Source: Ostrea edulis (taxonomy: Eukaryota). Taken from it: a DNA stretch of 64,000 nt. Positions 13,860-26,020 of the stretch are shown here, one piece after another; the first letter of the stretch is position 1; each line of letters opens with the position of its first letter. The stretch is taken from positions 67,704,001-67,768,000 of the forward strand of contig NC_079172.1 in the NCBI RefSeq assembly GCF_947568905.1, written 5' to 3'. A model generated the notes under the pieces. It was not told the DNA's origin. It saw only the letters and a program-made list of their open reading frames with translations, and made no database searches. A program made the position numbers and the translations under genes.

Positions 13860-14256
13860 GGTTTCCACTTCCTCTTCCGTCGGCACATCTTTTCACACGA
13901 CCTCTTGATACTCTGAAAATCTGTATACCTGACAACGAGATACGTTATAAATGATAACAGACCAAGCAAAAGCGCCATACACGCCACAAACCAGGCCATG
14001 TTTCGCGTGTCCTCAAAGAAGGTCATATAGCGGTCAGTGGTGGTGGACACGGTGGTAGTTGTGGCAGCTGGAATTACGAGTGTTATTGTGGCGGAGTCTG
14101 TGAGACCACCACCATCTGTGGCAGTAATGGTGACCGTCAAAGTAGTTCCTGACGAGAATGCCCCCAGATTGGAGGTTACTAAAAGATCACCGGTGTTAGA
14201 AATTCCAAAGTAGTTACCGCCTGTTGATGCTTGGTTTATTGTGTAAGTAATATCAC
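13860..14256 (-). CDS. Cadherin-like exon: end of EC6, Thr-rich stalk, TM helix, basic tail
   Basis: tttcag|GT GAT ATT...; GDITYTI...ATDGGGLTDSATITLVIPAATTTTVSTTT...MAWFVACMALLLGLLSFITYLVVRY...RRKRKWKP; donor CC|gtaaga. Confidence 0.88.
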
Positions 14257-15951
14257 CTGAAATTCACATCATAGTAATACTGAATCACGGTTGCGTCAAT
14301 AATCGGTTAAAAACAAAACATTGGAGAGGGGGACTTGTTCATTTATCCATTTTCTTATAGTTTTATGCGAATCTTTCAATGAAAACACATTCTAAATCAA
14401 CATAGAAAAGCAAAGCAATGAGCTTTCATAAAATTTTATGAGTACTAAGCTAGTTGAAGTCTTTTAGTTGTTTGTAATCTTATACGATAAGCATCGAATT
14501 AAAGTCACAATTCTGACAACATACCAAACGTGCCAATGTCCCCATCCGTGGCGGGAAGACTAGCGATGATCGTACCAACGTCAGCTGTGGAGAAGGCATA
14601 GAACGAGTAGGAACTAGCGGTAAATGTGGGAGTGTTATCGTTAATGTTGTCGATGTTGACGTTTAGGGTAGCCGTGTCTGTCAGTTCGCCATCAGATACC
14701 GTCACTGTGCACGTTAATGACGTAGGGTTCCCAACGTCTACATCATAGTCGGTGCTTAATGTCACCAGTTTCGTTGTAGGATCCATAGTGATCTGTGGGC
14801 AATTTTGAGAGTACGTCTGGGTAGCCCCTGTATCGGGGTCACTCACCGAGAATGGTGGAGTACCAATAGAAGATCCTGCCTATTTAGAAAATGTTCCAGT
14901 GTTTAGAGGAAATTTTAGATCATTATAAGGAGAAGTAACACTCAAAGAAAATTGATATAAATGGAAACTGAATGCCACGTACAATGATATTTGTATGTTG
15001 AAAACTTTCAAATTGAATTTAGTTGGTGATCAAATGCAGTTCTCAGTAGATAGTAATTTGAAAAAAAAATCGAAATCCCCTCTAGACTCGATCCCACGAT
15101 TTCAAGATCGGCAGTACGACGCATTAATCCACTGAATTACCAATCCGGGTAGTGAATTATAAAATACATATGTATCATAGAATATATTGCTGATATTTAT
15201 TTTTCCATAGAAAATATTTCTGTTATTCCTTTTTGCAGTTGTGTTTCTAAAAGAAGTCAACCATTAGCCTTCTTTGGTAACCTCATCAATAAATGAAAGG
15301 GTTTACACATTGTAAAACTAGTACCCCTTAATGGTTTTGATTTAGATGTTAGACACCCGATTCCACTTCTGGTATGTCAAGGGATCCGTGTTTGCCCAAC
15401 TCTTTGTTTCGTATTCATTATAAGAGTTATAATGTTGATCACTGTTCGTTATCGTCATCTTTTATTGATTATATCATGCTTGACAAAGCAGTCGTGGTGG
15501 CTCAGTGGTTAAAGCGTTTGTTCTGGGAGGTCGTGGGTTCGAGCTCCGCCGCGTGTATTTTGGTCGCGTCAAATCTCAGACGCGAAAATAGGTTGTAATT
15601 GCTCCTTCATCAAATCCATGGAGTAGTCGGATGTTTCGACCCAAAACGTGGGACACTTCAGCTCAAAGACCATTCGGTCCATATATTGTTTTCGTTCGAA
15701 ACACATCGATCCATTTTTGAGGTAGATTAACTGTGAGGAAAATCGCATTGATGACGTCAGAGCGTTCGCTGGACCGTTCCCTTGTGAATAATGTGTAATT
15801 TATTACTGTTACCTCTATTATCTTGTCATATAATGTAAATAAAACCATTTACGTTACATTATAATATTCTTAGTTATTCTTTCTCTAATATAACAAGGCA
15901 ATAAAGGATGAAATAAGAATGGAATGAAATAACATTCGAAAAAGTTATGCA

Positions 15952-15993
<42 letters not shown>

Positions 15994-18900
15994 CACTAAA
16001 TAATCACAACTAGGTACTGGAAATTTTCGCCCCAGCCCGGGGTCGAACCAGCGACGTACGGCACCCACCGCGTATATATATGAATTGTTTAATGTGCGTC
16101 TTTATTCCTTGTCAATGGACCGAAGTGTCAAAACTCTATGATGTAGAGTCGAAAATATCGGTGATAATATCAGGCAAAAAGGCTTAAGAGTCTCTGGGCC
16201 AACATATTGGGCAAACTATCAATTTTCTACATGCATATATTGTGTTGAGGAAAATACGGGTGAAATATAAGGCAAGCATATCCAAATGTCTCTTGCTCGA
16301 AAATCATTAGGCTGAAGTGTCAATGTGTTATATATGCTATTGAAACATAATAAACGGGTGATAAGGCAAGGAAAAACCATGGACTGAAAGGTTTCGGACA
16401 GAAAAAATTACATGTGCTGAAATGCCTTGTATCAAAATATCTTTGGGTCGAAGTATCTCAAAAGGTTGGACCAAAGTGTCGAACTGTTTAGACCGAAACG
16501 TCTGGGCCGAAGTGTACATGTCTTTGGACCAAAGTGCCTGACATTCACCCTCGGCATTTAGAAGTGACAGTCGCTGGTCCTTCAAGTGAGACCTTAAAAA
16601 CCGAGGTCAAGTGTCATGGCAATCTATTGAATGATAAAGGACCCTGCTATCGCCCTGTGCGCCATGCATAGGTATAAATTTGTTGCACTTAACGTACAGC
16701 TGGTGATGTCTCAATAGGAATTAGGGTTGGTTAGTTGTATAGTGTTTAACGTTCCACTCGAGAATTTTTCACTCATGTGGAGACGTCACCATTGCTGGTG
16801 AAGGACTGATTGAAAAAATAAACAAAAATAATCATACGTGACAGGACGTACCAGACCTTCATTCCCTGTAATAGTGTAAGTGGAAAGGAGAAACGCTGGA
16901 GCCTCGTTTTGGTTGGTGATGGATATTGTGACGGTTCCACTGACCGAGGCTTGACCATCAGACACGTAGGCAGTCAACAAGAATGTCGTGGTTCCTACTG
17001 TCTCGAAGTCAATATTTGTAGACGTTGTCTTAATGGCACCGGCTTAAAAATGGATTTACGCATCGTTTTAGTAAATATGTATTGTCTAGAATCATAAATG
17101 GTTTGTGAGAAATATAAAAACATATCAAAATCATCAAAGACTTTTACATAATTAATTCATCTTAACAATTGTCAAATTCGGGAAAGTGATCAGCACGTTA
17201 ATGATACAGCTTTGTAAGTATAAGTTGTATTCGCCATATCAATCAGGTCGGATGACCAATCAACTTCCTGCTGGAACCATGAAACTGATAATCCAATACT
17301 AGTGCTCTATTGTCATGACATCATGAATTGATAATCCAATACAGTGCTCTATTGTCATGACATCATGAATTAATAATCCAATACAGTGCTCTATTGTCAT
17401 GACATCATGAATTGATAATCCAATACAGTGCTCTATTGTCATGACATCATGAATTGATAATCCAATACAGTGCTCTATTGTCATGACATCATGAATTGAT
17501 AATCCAATACAGTGCTCTATTGTCATGACATCATGAATTGATAATCCAATACAGTGCTCTATTGTCATGACATCATGAATTGATAATCCAATACAGTGCT
17601 CTATTGTCATGACATCATGAATTGATAATCCAATACAGTGCTCTATTGTCATGACATCATGAATTGATAATCCAATACAGTGCTCTATTGTCATGACATC
17701 ATGAATTGATAATCCAATACAGTGCTCTATTGTCATGACATCATGAATTAATAATCCAATACAGTGCTCTATTGTCATGACATCATGAATTGATAATCCA
17801 ATACAGTGCTCTATTGTCATGACATCATGAATTGATAATCCAATACAGTGCTCTATTGTCATGACATCATGAATTAATAATCCAATACAGTGCTCTATTG
17901 TCATGACATCATGAATTGATAATCCAATACAGTGCTCTATTGTCATGACATCATGAATTGATAATCCAATACAGTGCTCTATTGTCATGACATCATGAAT
18001 TGATAATCCAATACAGTGCTCCATTGAAGCGAGTTTGTATTTACCATAGAATAAGATTCAATTACTGACTTACTGCTGGAGTCGATGGTGAAATAAAGAT
18101 GTCCACTGGTCGGTGAGATGGTGGACGTCCATGTGTGGGTGTCCAGAGAATTGATGTCAGATTTGGTCACCGTGAAGATAGTGGTAGAGGCTGCTGTATT
18201 CTCAGGAACAGACACTGTTGTCGGCAGGTTGGTCACCAACGGCGGGGTGTTGACATCTGTCAACAGATGATAACTTAAAGCTGAATAAGATTTCCGGCTA
18301 AGGTCCATCACAATATATCAACATTACATTGCTTGAACGATGTATTGCTGTTCCCAAAATCAATATATTACACGATGTATTGCTGTTCCCACAATCAATA
18401 TATTACATTTTGGGCTCTATTACCGTGACAGTGCATTTCTTCTATCATTGTGAGGGAAAATTCAACGTTGGAATTCCCATGTTAAAACGCATTTCCGGTA
18501 AATCAGCCGATCTAAGGCCTGGTCGTTCAGAAACTAGAAATAGTGTTCTAAGGCCAGTCCCTTAAACGCTGCAATAGTTCAATACATTGGACGTTGGAAA
18601 CAGGATCGCATTTGTAGGATCGTGATTGTTAACGGTCCTGCATAGCGTGCTACGAGAAGATGTGAGCAATGCGTGCATGCATCTTGATAAATATTGTACG
18701 TCTACGATTTAAACGGCTGGGAATTCCAACATGTAAAAAAGAAATTCCTTTTTGGAAAATGAACTACAATACTTCATGCCGGCATGTTTTTCATGAAGGA
18801 CTAACGCGCTTTATGAAGTATACCATTGTGAAGCCTCGCGTTTGATACCCCACGTATTATCAAATATGACACTTGTTCCTGAATTGAAAGCTGGAGTATG

Positions 18901-21133
18901 TTTGTTTATCATTCTAATAAAACAGCTACATTTAAAAAAAATGACGAAAGATCGAAACTCTTTAACATTCACTGACCTGTGATTTTAACGGTCAAGCTTC
19001 GTGGTCCAACCAAAGTATGCCCATCATAAACGTATATGTACATGTCGTACGCCGTGTCATTGAGTCCTGCCAGGGTTTTATCCACCAGAATGGCTCCGGC
19101 TACAAAAACATAAGAACTAGTTACGAACCGTTATACCCTTCAAAATACGCTTTTACCAAAATAATGAATTGCATGTATAATTGAAGTGAATAAAAAGTAA
19201 TCACAATCATAGATCTTAAATGGACACGTGACAGGAGTACACGTCATGTTGTAGAACAGCTGGTCGTTTTCCTGATCTGTTGACGTCACAGTAAACACTG
19301 TTGTACCAATGGAGGCCCCCGAGGATGCTACGTCTACAGAGTTGGCCGCTGTGTATAATGTTAAGATATAAAAAATATATCAGATACAATGTCATTTTTT
19401 AGATCCTTTGGACTTCTCGTAAACCCCGATACATGTCTACTGTCAATGGGAGAAAATAATTTGTATGTTGTTAAGCTTGTTTTCGTCAACAAATATCCAA
19501 CACCCTTGGAATTCTGTCATGAAATTCAGCGAAATTAGTAGTGTCCTAAGAACAGGATTATTTACATTTCACCTCCAATATCAAATAGTTCATTTTAATC
19601 TAATACACATTTAATGGATTATGACGTACTTGATGGCAGGTTTGTGATGACAGGTGGCTGGTTGCGGAGAACATAAATGGTGAAGGTCCCGCTAGTCGTC
19701 TCCTTGGTGTCAGTACAGTTTACGTTGACAGTATAAGTTTTCTCGGTATCGTAGTCCAGTCCAGCGCCCGCCCGTAAACTAATGGCGTAATCTGAACAAA
19801 CATTTAACAAATACAATGCATCGTGTTCCGATATCAAAAATGGACTATACAAAAAATTGACTGAAATTGGTCGTGTTTAATATACTCAATTATTTTATCA
19901 AACATTTGACAACATTTTTCTTTAGACGATATATAATATGCTTACTCGATGTTCCTACTGCGTATCTTAGATATAACGCTGTCAGAGTAGGTGTGACACT
20001 GGTAATGGTACACGTGACCGTGTCGGCCAATGAGGCGTCAGTTACGTCGAGGACAATTAGCTGTGTCTCCACACTCACATCCTCGCTGACTTCTACTGAG
20101 GCTGGGAGGTTGTTTATCACTGGAGGCTGGAGAAATGACACGTCAGGTTTTTGTCAGGTGTGTATAGTTAGATGATTTATGCACAATACAAGTGGTACGC
20201 TAATTTTGTATTGTATTGTTTATTACCAAGAACCATGCAGTTCATAGGTTTAGTACGTGATTGTTTTGTTACAGGAATTTTATGTAACATTCTTATCGCA
20301 GATACAATGTATCAAGCTCGAATGTCTGTTATTCAAATACAAGTTATACATTTGTATACTTCATAATTGAAATGTTTTCATAATGCCATTTTAAAAGAAG
20401 TCAATAATTGTTTATTTCTTTATAGTACATTCTGTAATTTTACAAGTACATCTTACTTACAAAATAATGAAAATGTGTTACATGTACATCCACATTCACG
20501 AATATTACATTTGGTTTGTTGTTTACTAAGAGAGCCAAGTACCAGGCAAACAGCTTCGTACATTATTTCTCTATTTTGTATTGTTGATGTTTATAGGAGC
20601 TATGAGATTGATCACTGTTCGATATTCACCTTCCATGTTCCACATATCATTATGATCTACAACTCGTTCATCTTATGACACTTGAGAAACTTCCGTCGAC
20701 GAGTGATATATAACATATATATATATTGTAACCGTATATTCAATAATAATGATTAAGGAATAAGAACTTACAAAGTTTGTGACAGTGAGAGTAAACGTGT
20801 GATCGGCAAAATTACCACACAAGTCAGTGGCTCTAAAAACAAACACTGTGTTTCCAATAGGTAGTTGCGAAACAGTGGAAAGGACACCTGCAAAGAAAGT
20901 CCAAGCTGATAAGAATATTCTTCAAAGACTAAACATTAAATGCGAAATTACGGTAGTGGTCAATAGTGGCCTGGTGAAACGTACTCGTAATATGAAAAGC
21001 AATAAAATATCTAAGAATGTTCAACATAAGATTTATGCAGTCAGAGGAAGAATACCGATTGTCTTCATAAAATATCGATACTCCGTGATGTTCTTCAGAT
21101 TGCTGCAGGACGTGTGGACCCGGGGTCCACGCA

Positions 21134-21186
<53 letters not shown>

Positions 21187-24100
21187 GTTAGACCGGTTGC
21201 TATGTGACAAAATTAGCTTGCACATGCCCTAGTGCTTGTTTAGAGGGACTGGCAGTGTTTCACAAGGAGAATTAAACAAAATTATCCTTATATTTTGCCC
21301 CCCCCCCCCCAATAAAAAACGTTGTTAATACAACAATTTATATTACGGAGTATAATTCATTCATCTATACATGCACATACACGACAACATATTCACTCCA
21401 AAACGCTTAATCAAAATGGGGGAAAAAGATGTTTAAGCTTGTGAGCATCAATATTTTTGTAAGAATTGTATCATTGGATTAAGGTATTTTATTACCATAT
21501 TTACCGGTATATCATTAGATTAAGGTATTTTGTTACCATATTTACCGGTATATCATTGGATTAAGGTATTTTGTTACCATATTTACCGGTATATCATTAG
21601 ATTAAGGTATTTTGTTACCATATTTACCGGTATATCATTGGATTAAGGTATTTTGTTACCATATTTACCGGTGTATCATTAGATTAAGGTATTTTGTTAC
21701 CATATTTACCGGTATATCATTGGATTAAGGTATTTTGTTACCATATTTACCGGTATATCATTAGATTAAGGTATTTTGTTACCATATTTACCGGTATATC
21801 ATTGGATTAAGGTATTTTGTTACCATATTTACCGGTATATCATTGGATTAAGGTATTTTGTTACCATATTTACCGGTATATCATTAGATTAAGGTATTTT
21901 AATACCATATTTACCGGTATATCATTAGATTAAGGTTGGTTGGTTGTATTTTGTTTAACGTCCCGCCCGAGAATTTTTCGCTCATATAGAGACGTCACCA
22001 TTGCCGGTGAAGAGCTGCAAAATTTCGGTCTATGCTCGGCGGTTATGGCCTTTGAACATGGATGGATCTTTATCGTGCCACACCTGATGTGACATATGAC
22101 CTCTCATCCGAAGGACCGCCCTATTAAGTCGCCTCTTACGACAAGTAAGGATTACTGAGAACCTAGTTTAACCGGAATCCCTACCATTAAGGTATGAAAC
22201 GCAAACGTCATAATCTAGACCGAACTGTGTTCCTTGTTGAATTTGAACTTTAAGGCTGGGATCAAATACCAGGATGAGTCTTAATTCCGAGGTTAAAACT
22301 AGAAAAATAATTTAACTGTGCGACATCTAACTCCGGACACGACAAACGTCCGGATTTTCACCAACCCGTTTTAAAAGGAGTCTTGTTATAGTACATCAAT
22401 ATGTTAAAAAAGAGAAAAAGAGAGAACGAACCTGTTGTGGGGTCAAAGCTGACGGCGGCATTCGCTGGGGTGGCAGACTGAAGTGAGAGGGTGAGTGTAT
22501 CCCCAGGATCTGTGGCTACCACGGTGAGGAGAGTGGTTCCTACTGTCGTGTCGTTAGTGACCGCCTTGGTGGTGTCCAGGCCAGCAGCAAATGTTGGAAC
22601 TGCCCCTGTGAGTACCAGTGATGCATTTGAATTATGATTTTAATACCAAATGTAGTCTGATTAGTTTTTATATTAAGGTTTTAACTATATAAAACTGACA
22701 TTGTTCTTTTAGACCGATTTCAGTTCATTGTATTTAATCAATATGATATACATTGTTTAACATTGTAATATGTGATACATATTTGTTTCACCTTCAATAA
22801 AATTCTCACATCCAATAAAAACACACCGGTCGCGGTAGCTCAGTGGCAGAGCGTTCGCTTCGTAACCTGGCCTGGAGGTTATAAAACTTTTACCGTACTT
22901 GTACTCAAACTCAGCCATATCTCTTTTGAGTACAACTCTGAGCAAGTTCAAAACATACTCGAAACATCTTGAGCATGTGCTCCATTTGAGGTTGAGATTG
23001 ATTCTATAAAAGTTTTATAACCTTGACTTTTGAGTATGATTATGATTTAGAGCACAGAGTTTGAGTATGAAAACGTGCTCCAAAACGTTTTATAACCTCC
23101 AGGCCAAGAGGTCGTGAGTTCGAGCCTAGCTCACGCCATGGCTGCGTCAAACCTAAGACGTTAAGATAGGTGGTGATTGCTCCTAAGCTAAACGCTCGGC
23201 ATTTAGAAGTGAGAATGACTGGTGTGTCGCTGCAAGTGTGGACACGATAAAGAACCTGCTACGGCCCTGAGTGCTAAGCATAGGTCTAACATTGTGGTAC
23301 TTCACCTACAGCTGGTGATGTCTCAATATGAGTGAAATATTCTCGACGGGACGTAAAATAATCAATCAATCATAGTATAATACATGAAAATATTTTTTTC
23401 TGCTTCTCACAAAGAAAGCAAATACTAGTACATCAAACAATTGGCTCATATTTAACGGTAGTGTATTTACTATGGAGAACAACGTCAAGAAACAGACCAT
23501 TTTTTATGGATGTATCTATAAAGAGATACCATGTTATGGGGTAGTCCCTGAAATAGATATCAAGATTTGACATCTTAACAGTCAGTTTCCGCTTAAGTCA
23601 ATCAATCGTGATTTCTTGTAGATATTCTAGCCCTTTTTTTTTTTTTTTTTTGGTAATCATTTTCAACATGTCATTATCAAAATTGTGAACGAGAAAAAAG
23701 CCATCAAGCTCGACTCTAATGCCGTATCTTCTTATTTAGAATTAAAAAGACGTAAGCATAATGCCCAACTTACCGGGAAATAAGAAAGATTTCAAAAATG
23801 CTTGACATTTCAACTCAGAACATCTGCGCTTATGTTTGTTGTTGTTTTATTATCTTTCTTCTTTTTTTTTCTTTTTTTTTGTTCTACAGGAATGTTAAAA
23901 TTGATATAATGTCGTATTTCCCCGCATCGTTACATACCCACTCAACTTGTCTTCATCGTTTAGAATGTTTACCCTCTCTAAATATATTTCAAGAGATGCC
24001 GTGCGGTGTGACAATTCACTACAAAAATATTACACGTTTTAATTGAAAAATTAAATAATATAATACTTAAGTCAATAATTCAAAAACAAAGTTTTCGTAG

Positions 24101-25983
24101 ATGTTGCAGGATAACGTCTGAAGTTGTGAAATGTTGACGTATCTAATTCAACGGGGTCATAATTTCGCGGAATTGCATACGACTTATTATTTTCAATAAT
24201 TCTTATGATTATCAATTGAATATTCAGTTATCGACTTTATTGTTGTTTTAACAAAACACGATGTGAAAGTGAGATGTTAATTAATTTTCTCATAATCATT
24301 TATTAAGTAGGAATGTGCATGTATATCGCAGAATAACGACCGCGGTACTCCTTTGATTTTTACAATAACCGTTGTAGAATTCGCAATATACATTATTTTG
24401 GTGTTCCCGGTAAACACTGTATAGTAATGAGTACCTTAAATAACAGAATTTAAAGAACTCTATCAAATATCAAACAGATTGACTACATCATTGTAATGGC
24501 TTCTTAATTAAAGCATTGGGGATCATATAACTGATTCCTAAACAGAATGAGCTCATCAACTGATAGACAGAATGAAGTTGTAGATCTTCACCCTTTCTCA
24601 AATGTATAGGTCAATATGTTTCAGAATAAGTTGATGTATCCATTGATATTGGTAGATAGATCGAGGACTTCTGCAATGATGTAAAAATTGTGCAGGTTGA
24701 ATTAACTTACATTATTCAGTGTAGTGTTCTCATTACGGCAGTGGCTCCTTCGCGTTTATGGCAAAAGGGCGAGGGAAAAGGGGCGAAAGTGCATAGGCGA
24801 GGGGAAAGGAGCGGAAGTGGGGCGAAAGTGCGAAGACGAAATGGCTAACGTTTGAAGTTGCATAGGCGAATGAGCGAAATCAATATGACTTGATATTTAG
24901 TTCTTCCACGTTGGCTGTGCTAATACTGAAATAAGATAATTGGTATCTAAGTAAATTATTTTGGAATGAAAGGCGAAGATAATGAACAGTGTTCAATCCC
25001 ATAACTCCCATAAGGAATACAAAATAAAGAGTTGGGTAAACACGGACCCCTGCAAATACCAGAGGTGGGATCAGGTGTTTAGAAGGAGTACATCCCCTGT
25101 CGACCGTTCAAACCCACCGTGAGTAAAATTTGTTCATGTTCGCACAATGATCTTTTATACCCTTAGTTCCACTGTACCTGTGTATGGTAGTGCAATAGCT
25201 CTACAACTTCATTGTTATTTCGGATTTCAAACATTTCGGTTGAGCATCACTGAAGAGACATTGTTTGTCGAAATGTGCATCTGGTGCATCAAAATTGGTA
25301 CGGTATAAGTTTTACATTGATATTTTTAGATATACATATTGCGAAAGATTAATTATCAATAATCAAATTGATAAAAAAAAAATGCACAGAGGAATTGACA
25401 TCTATAGTCTCATACTAATGTACATGTAAGTCCTATTCCAACAAACAAATCTACCAAAATATTCACAATCTCGCACTTCTGCTTCGTCGTTTTCAAAGTT
25501 TCGCTCCTTCGCATAAAAAAATCGATTCTTCACATCTTTTTTTCTATGAGCGAAGGAGCGAAACATCCCTCTCCCTAACTTTGCTTGTTCTTCGCCCTCT
25601 TTCTCTCCTACTTGTTTTCTATTGATAACATCTTCAAATAAAGGACAATGTATTATCATAACAAACTACACAGATTTCAGAGTATTTTACCGGGGCCTAG
25701 AGTCGCTTTTAGTCCAAACTCGATGTTTGTTTCTGTGGTGTAGGTAACAAACGTTGACGTAGTAGATACTGTGTGCCCGGATGTTGTGGAAAACTGTACT
25801 TCCTCTGAGCTACTCCCCACTCCATTGTTTGTTTTATCATATGCAACTATCGTATTCCCGGAAGACTTGCTACAAGAGAAAATAATAGGTTTTATATATC
25901 AAAGGTAGCGTTTGTTTTGATTTGTTCGTTTTGTGTGTGGGGGTGGGTGGGTGTTCTGGTCGGGCTCCGAGTCCTGCACGTGC

Positions 25984-26020
<37 letters not shown>

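Noticed and set aside
17299-18024. 241-aa ORF from the ORF track
   Set aside because: It is only the translation of a 42-bp tandem repeat in an intron and is out of frame with the cadherin exons.
22185-22299. Open phase 1-1 frame containing GLDYD that looked like a cadherin exon
   Set aside because: Its donor comes from the adjacent SINE end, the rest does not fit a cadherin repeat, and the exon at 20772-20887 already completes EC1 in the correct phase.
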